Assembly (NCBI RefSeq): GCF_009914755.1
Contig: NC_060932.1
DNA length: 64,000 bases
Direction: 5' to 3' (one strand)
Origin: the human T2T-CHM13v2.0 reference genome, Homo sapiens
Shown: positions 38,744 through 57,400 of the stretch, in pieces
Layout: every line of letters starts with the position of its first letter
Position numbering within the stretch: position 1 is the first letter of the stretch
Program-made: the position numbers and the translations under genes
Notes under the pieces: model-generated
What the model was told of the DNA's origin: nothing
What the model saw: the letters and a program-made list of their open reading frames with translations, nothing else
The model's database searches: none

Positions 38744-40245
38744 TTTTTTTTTTTTTAAGTATTTATTGATCATTCTTGGGTGTTTCTCGGAGAGGGGGAT
38801 TTGGCAGGGTCATAGGACAATAGTGGAGGGAAGGTCAGCAGATAAACATGTGAACAAGGGTCTCTGGTTTTCCTAGGCAGAGGACCCTGCCGCCTTCCGC
38901 AGTGTTTGTGTCCCTGGGAACTTGAGATTAGGGAGTGGTGATGACTCTTAACGAGCATGCTGCCTTCAAGCATCTGTTTAACAAAGCACATCTTGCACTG
39001 CCCTTAATCCATTTAACCCTGAGTGGACACAGCGCATGTTTCAGAGAGCACAGGGGTTGGGGGTAAGGTTATAGATTAACAGCATCCCAAGGCAGAAAAA
39101 TTTTTCCTAGTACAGAACAAAATGGAGTCTCCCATGTCTACTTCTTTCTACACGGACACAGCAATAATCTGATTTATCTTTCTTTTCTCCACATTTCCCC
39201 CTTTTCTATTTGACAAAACCGCCATCGTCATCATGGCCCGTTCTCAATGAGCTGTTAGGTACACCTCCCAGGCGGGGTGGCGGCCGGGCAGAGGGGCCCC
39301 TCACTTCCTAGACGGGGAGGCCGGGCAGAGGCGCCCCCCACCTCCCGGACAGGGCAGCTGCCAGGCAGAGACACTCCTCACTTCCCAGACGGGGCGGCTG
39401 CCAGGCAGAGGGACTCCTCACTTCTCAGACGGGGCGGCCGGGCAGAGACGCTCCTCACCTCCCAGACGGGGTGGCGGTCGGGCAGAGACACTCCTCAGTT
39501 CCCAGACAGGGTCGCGGCCGGGCAGAGGCGCTCCTCACATCCCAGATGGGGCGGCCGGGCAGAGGCGCTCCCCACATCTCAGACAATGGGCGGCCGGGCA
39601 GAGACGCTCCTCACTTCCTAGACGGGATGGAGGCTGGGAAGAGGCGCTCCTCACTTCCCAGACTGAGCGGCCGGGCAGAGGGGCTCCTCACATCCCAGAC
39701 GATGGGCGGCCAGGCAGAGACGCTCCTCACTTCCCAGACAGGGTGGTGGCTGGGCAGAGGCTGCAATCTCGGCACTTTGGGAGGCCAAGGCAGGCGGCTG
39801 GGAGGTGGAGGTTGTAGCGAGCCGAGATCACACCACTGCACTCCAGCCTGGGCAATATTGAGCACTGAGTGAGGGAGACCCCGTCTGCAATCCCAGCACC
39901 TCGGGAGGCCGAGGCTGGCAGATCACTCCCGGTTAGGAGCTGGAGACCAGCCCAGCCAACATGGCGAAACCCCGTCTCCACTAAAAAAATACGAAAACCA
40001 GTCAGGCATGGCGGCGGGCGCCTGCCATCCCAGGCACTCGGCAGGCTGAGGCAGGAGAATCAGGCAGGGAGGTTGCAGTGAGCTGAGATCGCGGCAGTAC
40101 AGTCCAGCCTCGGCTCGGCATCAGAGGGAGACCGTGGAGAGAGAGGGAGAGGGAGGCAGTGGAGGGAGAGGGAGATGAAGGAGAGGGAAATGAGGGAGAG
40201 GGAAATGGAGAGGGAGAGGGAGAGGGAGAGGGAGAGGGAGAGGGC
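38744..40245 (-). mobile_element. Full-length SVA retrotransposon (older SVA_A/B/C-type)
   Basis: Poly(T), SINE-R (about 38760-39260), GC-rich VNTR (about 39262-39760), Alu-like domain (about 39760-40135), (CCCTCT)n head (40136-40244); 15-bp TSD GA(C/T)TCTATTCTTTTC at 38729-38743 and 40246-40260. Confidence 0.97.
39262..39760 (-). repeat. SVA VNTR, roughly 40-bp units
   Basis: Repeated GGGCAGAGRCGCTCCTCACWTCCCAGACGGGGCGGCC units. Confidence 0.9.
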
Positions 40246-41651
40246 GATTCTATTCTTTTCACAGAATCATATACTATCAGAGCTCCAGGGGTTTTTAGAA
40301 AGGATTTAGCCTGATGGTTCTCCTCTGGGTCAGGGTTTCTTCATCTCAGTGTCTGCCAAGATTGTTCAAAGTTCATACCCGTCTATGCTGTACCCCAATT
40401 CTGATACATTTGGGTTGGAGTTGGTGCAGGAGGCTCACATGCTATTTAGAATATGATCCCGCATAGATTCTGGTGCATTTTGTGAAGTTTCCCCCACCCC
40501 ATGTACCCTGTCCTATAAGGAAAATCATTGACCTAATCCAGCTCCTCATTTTACAGACTGCCTAGAATCAAAGAGGCTAAGTGACACTGACACATTCTAT
40601 TTAGTAGTAAAGCTGGAACCAGCACGCAAGCTCATCCTATTTTTATTGCCTTTCTATGCTGTTGCTTTGGAAGGCAGGTCTAGCCTTGAAGGCAGGCAAG
40701 GGAAAGTCATAATTAGAGGGTACTGCCCAGATGGTCCCAGTGGTGGAGCACTGGCCTTTTGTCATGAGTGAAAGACCCAAAGCAGATCCCTTACCATCAC
40801 TGGGTCCTGGTGGGGTCTCCCTGCTGCAGGCACCCCGCAGGCTCTGCTGCAAGCTTGCTGTGTCCTGGGCCTGTTGCGGCTGCCACGTCTGCCCCTGCCA
40901 GGCCTACCTGCCTGCTGGTGATCCTCATTACACAGCCAATGCAGAACATGTTTCACTTCTCTGGAGTGGGCTGGACTCGGGTACAGTAAGCAAAGGACCC
41001 TCAGGGAGCCTCTGCTTCTCTTTTAGGGGCCCTTCAGTGCTAGAAACCCAAACTAGACATTAGGCCGGCCCTTGCTTGGGCACCAGGTCCTGCCAGGTCT
41101 GGCTGTGTGAGCAGGCAGAGGCCATAGGAGAAAGACCCAGAGATGCCAGGGATAAGGTTGCTAACTTTGCTGAAATTCGGTGTCAGTAATGGACCCCCTT
41201 TCTTTTGACCTCGCTTCAGGAGAAAAATGTCACAGACTGCAGAAGGGCCAGCAAATAGGCAGGGAAGAAGATCTGGAAACACTGTCATTATTTTCAATTC
41301 ATGCACTAACTCAAAAACTCTGTATCTTAAAGGAGAAGATGTTTACCCACAGGAAGAAGTCTTAAACCTGACAGTGCAAATTCTTCAAAATAGGTTGATT
41401 TTCTTATCATTTCTAGTTATCATGACCCATCCATTCCACCCTTGGCTGGGTGTGGGGGTCACTGGCAGACAAAGAGCCTGTGTGAGTTCTCTGTAAACCC
41501 GAATTAAAGTGAAATCCAGAAGAGAGAGAGGCTAGGAACACAGCGGGAAGGCAAGAGGGGCTGGGGACAAACTTTGATCTATTTTGCAAAATTTGCCTCG
41601 GGCACTCCAGTGAAATTATTTCAAAAACGCTACCCTGGTCTGCTATGGAAG

Positions 41652-41985
41652 CAGGGGTTGGTCAGTAAACTATAGCCCAGAGGCCAAATCTGGCCCACTG
41701 ACATTTTCTGTAGGCTAAGAAAGGCTTTTCCATTTTTAAAAGGTTGAAAAATATCAATAGAATAATAATATTTTGTGGCATGTGAAAATTATACGAAATC
41801 CAGATGTCAGTCTTCATAAATACAGTTGCATGGAGCACAGCTAGCTCAGCTATTTATGTGTTGAATATGGCTGCTTTCCTACTGTACAGGCCCAACTGAG
41901 CAGTTACAAAAGAAATGGTAGGACCCACCTAGCCTAATGTCATTACTATCTAAGCCCTTTAGAGCCAAAAGTTTGCTGGCCTTGT
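41652..41985. mobile_element. MER58B-like (hAT-Charlie)
   Basis: CAGGGGTTGG...AAACTATAGCCC...GGCCAAATCTGGCCCACTG ... TACTATCTAAGCCCTTTAGAG..AAAGTTTGCTGGCCTTG. Confidence 0.75.
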
Positions 41986-42619
41986 AGTTGGGGTTGTAGT
42001 GAAGAGGAGAGTCGTAATAGGAGGAGGGCTGTTCTCCATCGCCTAAGGTTGGCATTAAGGAAGTTTCCCTGGTAGAACACTTATACCCACTTCTACTTGT
42101 ATGATTTATTCTCATCACTATTATCCTTTGTTCTGCCTGCTCCTCCCACCGGTGGGAGGAGGTCAGTTTTTCCTACTGAAAGAAAAGAGGAAGGGCGGCA
42201 GTTCTAATGCCCATAACTATAGGAAGATTAGGCACTTATTCGAAACAGCAGGAAACAGCTCAACCTTCACATGAGAAATTCTCTGCAGGCCAATGAATTT
42301 GAGAATTTGAATATATTCTGAACATTCAATACAAAACAGGAGGATGAGCATGCGGGACATTGATTGGCCAGTTAATTTAGCTCTGCCTTTCTCCACCTCT
42401 GACCTCCTCAGCAACCTCATTTCCCCAAAGGTCATCAGCCCTCTGGATTGGGCCCCTGTCACATGTGATTTGGACTGCATCCCACAAAGACAGTCAGCCC
42501 AGTTCTGGGGAAGAGGAGAGATGCACTTTGATTCTAACTCTCTACATGCCTTTGAGAAATAATGCTGTTCTTTGTAGAATGACAAATGGGTACATTATCT
42601 CATAAGAATCATATAAAGG

Positions 42620-42919
42620 GGCAGGGCGTGTTGGCTCACGCCTGTAATCCCAGGACTTTGGGAGGCTGAGGTGGGCAGGTCACCTGAGATCAGGAGTTTG
42701 AGACCAGCCTGGCCAACATGATGAAACCCCATCTCTACTGAAAATACAAAAATTAGCCAGGTGTGGTGGCAGGCACCTGTAATCCCAGTTACTTGGGAGG
42801 CTGAGGCAAAAGAAACGCTTGAACCTGGAAGGAAGAGGTTGCGATGAGCCAAGATCATGTCACTGCGCTCCAGCCTGGGTGACAGAGTGAGACTCTGTCT
42901 AAAAAAAAAAAAAAAAAAA
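42620..42919 (+). mobile_element. Full-length AluS
   Basis: Full dimer with poly(A); TSD AAGAATCATATAA at 42604-42616 and 42920-42932. Confidence 0.95.
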
Positions 42920-44376
42920 AAGAATCATATAAGGGAAGCATCATTAGTTTCATTTTACAGATGAGAAAGTTGGGTAGAGAGTCATTCAATCCACTGCCCA
43001 CTTACCTAATGAGTGATGAAATCCAAATATACTCACCTCCAAAGACTGCGCTCTTTTTATGTTTTTTAAAAAAGTTATCTGTCTGTTCCTCAGTTTCCCT
43101 ACCTGTAAAATAAGGAGATTGCACTAAATTCACTTCAAGACTCCACTAGCAAAATAAATTTTGTTGATCCTGAAGCCCCTAAAAATTCTATTGAGTCATT
43201 TTGTAAAGCATCAAGGTATATATTTTCTATAGACTGAAAGAAATCCACATAGGTCCTGCAGAAACAGCAGTGAGCCAGATAGACATTACTCCTGCCTTCA
43301 TGGAACTAAAGTCCAGTCTAGGCTGGATTTCTCCCTATATGTTGGGCTTGGATTTCAGATAATTTTTTTTTTAATAGAGCGAAAAGAAGTATATTTGAAA
43401 GCAAGGTAAAACATTCATGGAAAAAAGAGATTATCCCAAATTTCTACTTCTCATTCTCACCAAAAATAGGTTCCAGGCTGTATATTTACTTAGCTTTCAA
43501 CTGGGTATTACGCCAGGCAAGGTTTGCATCCTGCTGGGAGCAAAAAGTACTAGAGAGAAGGAAAGGAGGGTCAGAAAGGAACTAGGAAGCACCAGCATCA
43601 CGCTCAGGGAGGAAGCTGACCTTGGAAAGTTGAGCCTACATAGGCTCATTCTGGTGAAGATAATCCCTTCATTCCAACACTGGTTTCACCCTTCCCTACC
43701 TTTCCACTGGAACAATCTTGGAAGTTGAAAAGACAAGTTAAGTTACCATTTTATCTGGAGATAAGAACATTGGCGAATGGTCTTGTACAGAGAAAAACAT
43801 AGAGGAAGCTTTGAGATACAACTTGGCCATGTAGCCACAGAGGAGGCCTTCATGACTCCCTTCATGTTTCCCTTCTTGAGAGACAAGGAGCCTTTGTCAG
43901 CCAGCAGTCTAACAACCATGTTTCTCATGTGAAGCAATGATTTTTGCAGTACCTGAGGCCTTTTCAGTCTTTGATACTCTCCCACCTATGCACACATTCC
44001 TCAATTTGTTTCTTTTTCTGAAAATCAGTCCCTCTTTCTGAGCACTTCCTTCCTGAGAATCAAATGCCCAGTAATGGCCAATATGGAAATAGCTCCTGAT
44101 TACAGACATGGGACACCCCCTTCATTGCAAAAAGTCCTACTGGACAGAGGAAGAGTCTAGATAAATGGGGCTGTCTTGCATCTTGCAATATTAAGAATAT
44201 AATTAACAAGTGGTGTAGATAGGAAGACCCATGGTAGAGTCATACATGGAGGATTGTACTTTTCATTTTCTCTATCTTGTAAGAAGAAAATCATAGAATG
44301 TTTTAATATTATGGGAATAAATTCAATGTTTCATAGCCAGATAACTGCAGAGTATGAGCAGATGAATCTCACTCTA

Positions 44377-44553
44377 GAATAACATCATCCAGTAGGACTT
44401 TTTGCAATGATGGGGATGTCTCAGGTCTGCAATCAGGAGCTACTGAGCACTTCAAATGTGGCTAGTGCAAATTAGGAGGCTAAAGTTAAGTGTATTTAAT
44501 TTAAATTAATTTATAGCTACACGTGGCTACTGGTTACTCTATTGAACAATACA
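44377..44553. mobile_element. MER3 (hAT-Charlie)
   Basis: TCCAGTAGGACTTTTTGCAATGATGG...CTACTGAGCACTTCAAATGTGGCTAGTGCAA...AGCTACACGTGGCTACTGGTTAC..TATTGAACA. Confidence 0.75.
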
Positions 44554-45322
44554 GATCTAAAGGATACACACTAGACAAATAAATGCTAGGCACCAGATCT
44601 ATGGCTAAAGCAAATTAAGTTAAATAAACTCATAATGTCAGTATATCCTGCTGCTTGAGATCAAACAGATAATTCAAACAGCAAGAACAGGGGAGCTAGG
44701 AAATTCTATTCGTTTTGAGGGCAAGCAATAGACCCTAATTGCTCTGGCCCCTATTTAGGGAGAAGGAGCAGTGAAAAGAAAATATGCATTGGGCCTAAGG
44801 ATATATTTTTGATATAAAAGAGGAAACACATTGTATCATCTAGTACAGGACACACAAAAATATATTTTGAAAGCTGTTGCTTAAATTCTCAATCTTAAGA
44901 ATGGGAACACTTTATAAAAGGAAAGTTGAAAGATTAGCTGTTGAGACACAAGTTGAGATGAAAAAAAACCTGAGAATCAGAAAGAGATATAAAAAGTTGT
45001 TAGGTAAAATAAGGAAAGATTATAGACAATTGAAATGCAATCATAGAACTGCAATCTGCTTTAGAAGTCCCCAAAGACAAAATCAATACTGCAAAAATCA
45101 AAGGAGTAATCTAGAGCAGGAGCCTTAAAAGTTCCACTTGACTGTAGATAAAAAGGCAAACATATGCAGACAACCAAAGTTAAGATGAATAAATGGAACA
45201 AAAGCAATAATAAAATATATAACCAGAAAAAAAGCATTTATAAATATAACATCAGACCCAAGGCACAGATTTTAAAAGGTCACTAAAAGGAAGTCAAATG
45301 AGTGAGAAGAAGCAAATAGCCA

Positions 45323-45653
45323 GGTGTGTGTGTATGTGCACGTGTGTGTGTGTGTGTGTGTGTGTGTATTTAGACAAGGTCTTGCTCTGTCACCCAGGTT
45401 GGAGTGTAGTAGTCCTGTCATACCTCACTGCAGCCTCAACATCCTGGGTTCGAGCAATCCTCCACCTTAGCCTCCTGAGTATCTGGTACTACAGGCACTC
45501 ACCACCATGCCTGGCTAATATTTTAAATTTTTTTCTAGAGACGGAGTTTTGTTATGTTGTCCAGGCTGGTCTCAAACTCCTGGGCTCAAGATATCCTCCT
45601 GCCTCAGCCTCTCAAAGTGCTGGGATTACAGGCACGAGCCATTGTGCCCAGCC
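45323..45653 (-). mobile_element. AluJ whose tail has become a (TG)n microsatellite (45324-45367)
   Basis: (TG)n followed by reverse AluJ ending TGTGCCCAGCC. Confidence 0.9.
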
Positions 45654-47039
45654 AAGCCAGACATATCTTAATACAAGTTTTGCATCTCAGTAGTCAGTCA
45701 AAAACTCCAAGAGTTTTCAGATAAACCTATCTCTCTTCTACCAAACCCAAAGAAAAAGTAGAGGAAATATGGCAGAAGAGCAAATGTCAATATTTCTGTA
45801 TGGTGCCCCAGTGCCATACTCAATGGGCAATGCCTATGGGTAAAAGCACAGAGCTTGCTCTCATCTTCAATCTCTTACTGGTTATAAAGAACAGGATCTT
45901 TCTTAAAATGGTAAAGTTACTTTTAAAATAATAAGATAATAAGGTAACTAAAATACTAATATGTTTGAAAGGATGTCAATTTTTTTCTCAGTATTCAAAA
46001 TTCCATCAATAAGATCATTTATTTCTTATTAAAATAAAGGACAGTATAGCCTCACCAGCATTTTTTTTTCACAGACTATGCAAGGTAATCACATCTTGAA
46101 CCCTTCATAAAACTACATTTTTAACAATATTCACAAATTGGTCTAAAATGGGCTATCATTTTTCATATTTGTATCTTTTATGGTGGCTAAAACTGTTAAA
46201 CTTTTATGTAATGTGATAAAATTAGATCAGAAAATTGTTCAGGTCAAATCTTTCATTTTATATCTTGCTTAGAATCTGGACTGTGATTTGCACCAAGTAG
46301 GAACTTAATAATAATTTTAATATCCCCTAAAACTTTCATTTTCCAAGTAATGATGCACTGCCTGACATTAGATTTTGTTTATTTTTAAGCATCTCTTTTC
46401 TGGAGAATCTTCTGAATTTGTAAGTTCAAGTACAGCAGCTCCCTGGTAATAACAGTAATTGCTCAGCACTGATTTAAACTATTTCCATGATTTTTCCTAT
46501 TCTCTTTCATCTTACAGACCCTACATCTTAAACCTCAGTCCATGGTAATGAGCAGAGCCAGGCCTGGGCAGTTCTTCCCAAGACCACTTATTTATACCAA
46601 TGCAAAGTGGGGAAGAACAAGTTATTCTGCCCGGGCTGTCCACAGTCAGCTTCTCCTCTCATCCCCATGAAGACAAGCTGCCTGTTGTGTGAGACGAGCA
46701 GAGCAGACTAGTGATGAAGAAAGGTCGAGAAGGTGCAGGCCCAGTTTCCTGGGCCCTACCTAGAATTTCTTCTTTTCAGTCCTGAAGCCCATTGAGTTCT
46801 CTTTTTGGTTCTGCTGAATTCTATAACTGCCACCTGCTACTAAAAGAGACCTGGTTAATAATTACAAAAATAAATAAAATTGAAAAAATCATACATAAAT
46901 GTAGATTTTAAGCTTATCGTTTGTTAGAAACAGGTGCCTATTATTACAATTACTTAATTTGCCATTGAAATCTATTCTCCTAAGCAGCTACCAATAACCT
47001 TTTATATTGTTTTATAATTGTCTGTTTGTATGCACTTAT

Positions 47040-47540
47040 CTCTTGGTAATCTATTTCTGTGTAACAAACTATTCCAAAATGGAGTGGCTTAACATAGACA
47101 TTTTATTCTTTCTCACAATGAAATGGATCAGGAAATCAGGCAGGGCTTGCCGAGAGAATCCTTTGCTCCATGTGGGGTCCACTGGCTCACTTGTGGTATT
47201 CAGCTGGTGATAGGTCTATCTGGCAAGTTCAGGCAGTTTCACTCACATTTCTGCACTTAGTGGGGAGGGCTGGGAGGCTGTGTTCTGCTGGGAGCCTCTT
47301 CCTTTTTATGCAGCTTCACAGTCTCTCTATGGTCTCTCCAACAGAGTGGTCAGACTTATTATTTGTGGCTCAGAGTTCTGTCAAAGAAAGGCACTTGGAA
47401 TTGCCAATCTATAAGGCCTGAAACTGGCACCATATCACATCTGCCATGTTCTAGTGGTCAAAGCCTCAAAAAGAGGGGACACCAATCCCACCTATTGGTG
47501 GGAGGAATGTCAATGAATCCATGACCATGTTTTCTGCACT
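47040..47540 (-). mobile_element. MaLR LTR (MLT1F/G/H-like)
   Basis: TGTGTAACAAACTATTCCAAAA..GTGGCTTAA...TCTCACA...CAGGAAATCAGGCAGGGCTT...GAAACTGGCAC...TCTGCCA. Confidence 0.65.
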
Positions 47541-47671
47541 GTACACAGTATTTTGTGAGCATCTTGAAAGCAAGAAATATGCCTTATTGATCTTTGCATT
47601 CCCACGTCAAAAAATCCAGCCAGAAATACAGTGATGAAAGATGGAGAAGAAGGACACTCAGAATCTGGATT

Positions 47672-47839
<168 letters not shown>

Positions 47840-48599
47840 TAAGACATCCTTGAGCAGCTCTACTATTCCTCGATTACTCACCTCTCAACTTCTTGCTACA
47901 TGAAAAAAAAAAAAACTATGTGTTTAAAATATTGTTAATACAATATCAGACTGGACTTATACTTCTCTTGTTTATCAGATCTCAGAACACAATTCAGCAA
48001 TGTTCACATTAGGGTTTTCTTGAAAGGGAATAAGAGGATGAGACAATTTTGACCTAAATCATACTGATTTCTTAAATTCAGATAAGATAAAATTAAATGA
48101 TACTCAATTTTCTAACTTTAAAATTTAAGAACTATAGTTTTAAATATATTCTTCAAAAAACTTAAAGATAACCATTAAACAATTGAAATTTTATTTAAAT
48201 TACAGATTTCTAGAGAAAAAAAGAAGAAACATAGTGCCTATAACAGAGTACAAAAGAAAAGGAAGGTAACACGTAAAAACACAAAGCAAAATGACTTCAG
48301 ACTAAATGTTCTAGGAATGCCAAAGCCTATAACAGCTTAGTTTTTCTGGTAAATGACAAAGACTCTCAGCAAGGATTAAAACAAAAACGAAAACACAATG
48401 AAACCAAGTAATATACTTTTACAGGGGACACATCTAAAATAAAATGACACAGGAAGCTAAAAGTTGGGGAAACTGAGAAAAGATAAATCAAAGTAAAATT
48501 TAATAAAAGAAGGATGGGGTCATCTTAATAATGGAAAATAAGGCATAAAGTATTAATCGAAGCAGAAGTTTAGTTCATAATGTTAGAAATATTATTCAT

Positions 48600-48879
48600 G
48601 GCCAGGCGCGGTGGCTCATGCCTGTAATCCTAGCACTTTGGGAGGATGAGGCGGGTGGATCATGAGGTCAAGAGATCGAGACCATCCTGGCCAACATGGT
48701 GAAACCCCATCTCTACTAAAAATAAAAAAATTGGCTGGGTGTGATGGCATGCACCTGTAGTCCCAGCTACTCAGGAGGCTGAGGCAGAGGTTGCAGTGAG
48801 CCGAGATCACGTCACTGCACTTCAGCCTGGTGACAGAGTGAGACTCCGTCTCAAAAAAAAAAAAAAAAGAAAAAGAAAA
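48600..48879 (+). mobile_element. AluSc-like with right-arm deletion
   Basis: GAGGTCAAGAGATCGAGACCATCCTGGCCAAC; GGCTGAGGCAG joined directly to AGGTTGCAGTGAG; perfect TSD AGAAATATTATTCAT at 48585-48599 and 48880-48894. Confidence 0.95.
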
Positions 48880-49228
48880 AGAAATATTATTCATAACATA
48901 CATATAATAGTTGTGACACTTATGACCGAATCATTCTGAAATACTTTTGGTGAGAATATAATGGTACTAAGCACTTTTTACAAATACTATTTGATGGAAT
49001 CCTCACAACTGTATTTTTTAAATTATTATACTTTAAGTTCTGGGATACATGTGCAGAAGGTGAAGGTTTGTTACATAGGTATACTTGTGCCATGGTGATT
49101 TGCTGCACCCATCAACCCGTCATCTACATTAGGTATTTCTCCTAATGCTATCCCTCTCCTTGCCCCCTACCCCCCGACAGGCCCTTGTGTGTGATATTCC
49201 CTTCCCTGTACCCATGTGTTCTCATTGT

Positions 49229-53059
<3,831 letters not shown>

Positions 53060-53122
53060 TATGATGCTAGCTGGTTATTTTGCCCATTAGTTGATGCAGT
53101 TTCTTCATAGTGTCAATGGTCT

Positions 53123-54474
<1,352 letters not shown>

Positions 54475-57400
54475 CTTCGTGGATTTATCTTCCTTTGGTC
54501 TCTGCCGTTGGTGACCTTCGGATGGAGTTTTTGCATGGTCGTCCTTTTTGTTGATGTTGATGCTATTGCTTTCTGTTTGTTAGTTTTCCTTCTAACAGTC
54601 AGGCTCCTCTGCTGCAGGTCTGCTGGAGTTTGCTGGGGTTCCACTCCTGACCCTGTTTGCCTAGGTATCACCAGCGGAGGCAGCAGAACAGAAAAGATTG
54701 CTGCCTGCTCCTTCCTCTGGAAGCTTTGTCCCAGAGGGGCACCCACCAAATGTCAGCTGGAGTTCTCCTCTATGACGTGTCTGTTGACCCCTGCTGGGAG
54801 GTGTCTTCCCGTCAGGAGGCACAGGGGTCAGGGACCCACTTAAGGAGGCAGTCTGTCGCTTAGCAGAGCTCCAGTGCTGTGCTGGGAGATCTGCTGCTCT
54901 CTTCAGAGCCAGCAAGCAGGAACATTTAAGTCTGCTGAAGCTGCAGCTACAGCCGCCCCTTTCCCCAGGTGCTCTGTCCCAGGGAGATGAGAGTTTTATC
55001 TATAAGCCCCTGACTGGGGCTGCTGTCTTTCTTTCAGAGATGCCCTACCCAGAGAGGAGGACTCTAGAGAAGCAGTCTGGCTACAGAGGCTTTGTGGAGC
55101 TGTGGTGGGCTCTGCCTAGTCTGAACTTCCTAGTGGCTTTGTTTACACTGTGAGGGGAAAACTGCCTACTTAAGCCTCAGTGATGGCAGACTCTCCTCCC
55201 CCAACCAAGCTGGAGCCTCCCAGGTTGATTTCAGACTGCTGTGCTAGCAGTGAGAATTTCAAGTCAGTGGATCTTAGCTTGCTGGGCTCTGTGGGGATGG
55301 GATCTGCTGAGCTAGACCACTTGGCTCGCTGGCTTCAGCCTCCTTTCCAGGGGAGTGAACAGTTCTGTCTCACTGGTGTTCCAGGTGCCACTGGGGTATG
55401 AAAAAAACCTCCTGCAGCTAGCTCAGTGTCTGCCCAAATGGCTGCCCAGTTTTGAAACCCAGGGCCCTGGTGGCATAGGCACCAGAGGGAAGCTCCTTGT
55501 CTGCAGGCTGTGAAGACTGTGGGAAAAGTGTAGTGTCTGGGCCAGTGTGCTCCATTCTTCATGGCACAATCCTTCACAGCTTCCCTTGGCTAGGGGATGG
55601 AGTTCCCTGACCCTTTGTGCTTCCTGGGCGAGGCAACGCCCCACCCTGCTTCAGCTTGTTCTCCATGGGCTGCACCCACTGTCTAACCAGTCCCAATGAG
55701 ATAAGCCAGGTACCTCAGTTGGAAATGCAGAAATCACCCACCTTCTGCATTGATCTCACTGGGAGCTGCAGACTGGAGCTGTTCCTATTTGGCCATCTTG
55801 TCCAGGAATGGTTCCACAACTGTATTTTGAAAGAGGTATTATTATTCTTAAATTATAGATGAGGAAATAAGACATCTGGTCTTAGATCTTAGATGACTGC
55901 ACAGAGGTGAAGCTTTGGAAATGCAAATGGCAGATAAGAAAAAGCATGGGCTGAGCTGGTGTCATTCTTTAAATTCTGTCAAAAAGAAAAGAATTGGCAG
56001 GAATAAAGTTAAGAGCTGGCCTTCGTTCAGATGGCTGTTAGGGAGAATTCCCTCCCTTCCTCCAAATTCCATGGTGGAATGGTAACAGAGATTCTCAGGA
56101 TGCCCAGGAGACCCAGGATATGGTGTGGTGGAGGGCGGGGTTAGGCAGCTAGAGCTCAGCATATGCCCACAGGAAGAGTGTTTATGTGGGGAAGGAGGAA
56201 TGGCTGGGAGTTGATGGAGGGGAATTGCTGTTCTAACCTCCTACCTTCTCACTGGTTCCAGGACAGGGCCCAGCTCTGTTCATGAGAACAATTCCAGGGA
56301 TACTCAAGTAGCCAAGCACTGGCAGCATTCTGGGTACCTCCTAGTACCAGTTGGTGGGCTCCTGGCCCCAGCCAGGGCAGTGTGAGACAGCTTTGCACAC
56401 TCTTTGAACAGCTAACAAATAGCTCAGGGCCAATTTTTTGCTGGGTACAACTCAGCTACTAAAACTTTCCTGCTTCCTGACTTTTAAATAGTAATTTGCA
56501 GAGGGATAAGTAGGGATACACACAAGAAAAAAGAGCATCTGATGAGGTTGCCACCAAAATATGCAGTCTTTTGCTCATACAATGTAGCCCAGGCATGATC
56601 TTTGTTGGTTCTGTTAGTTGAATTGTTACATTTGAACTTAGTATTGAAGTGTTTCACAAATATCATAAAACTCAGCAGGCCCAATAAATACCAGAGGAGA
56701 AGGTGTGGAATACACCAACACAAAGGGATGTTTTATTAGGATTAAAAAAAGTTAACTCAGAAAAAATAATTAAAAGTGGATATTTTTGGCATGACAGATA
56801 CTTCGTGTGCTTATGGAAATGAACCATTGGACTGTTGCAATGATTCTGGAGGTCAGAGAAAATTGTGCAACATGCAAAGCATGCAGTATGGCAGCAATGA
56901 CCAGGAAAATTTATGAATAAGAAAAGGACCAAATGGAGCTCAGGAGATGGGTGGGAGTTTTTGCAGGACTCAGCGAAATGGAATGGCTACATTCCGTGAG
57001 CCCATGGTAGTACGTTGGTTTAAAGACAATGTGAATGGAATAGCTCACCTGTTACATTTCTAGGATCTTCAGTATTTTTACAGTGTGTACAAACTGCTGT
57101 ACTTCATAAAAAGAAAGTCTGATATAATGTGCAGGTAAGCAAGAAGAAGTATCTACTGATATATTTGTGAAAGGGTACTCTCACCTTCTTTTGGAAATAT
57201 AAACTGAGGTTGCCGGTTAAACCATCATTGGTTAAGGATAACAAACATTTTGGAGACTAGTATATTCTTTGGGGGTTTTTTTGTGGGGGAGGGGTGGGGA
57301 GGGCTTGGGTCATGAGTTCTCAAACCTTAGGGACACATAAAGCATTCTCGGGGCCTGACTCAGGTAGAGGGATGCTGAGCTGTGATATGAGCCCTTTGTC

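Noticed and set aside
39277-40262. Repetitive ORFs and a repeat array superficially like CRISPR
   Set aside because: This is the SVA VNTR and Alu-like domain; units are contiguous with no unique spacers and there are no cas genes
40643-41100. GC-rich segment with several short ORFs
   Set aside because: Too few CpGs for an island and no recognisable protein; GC content explains the ORFs
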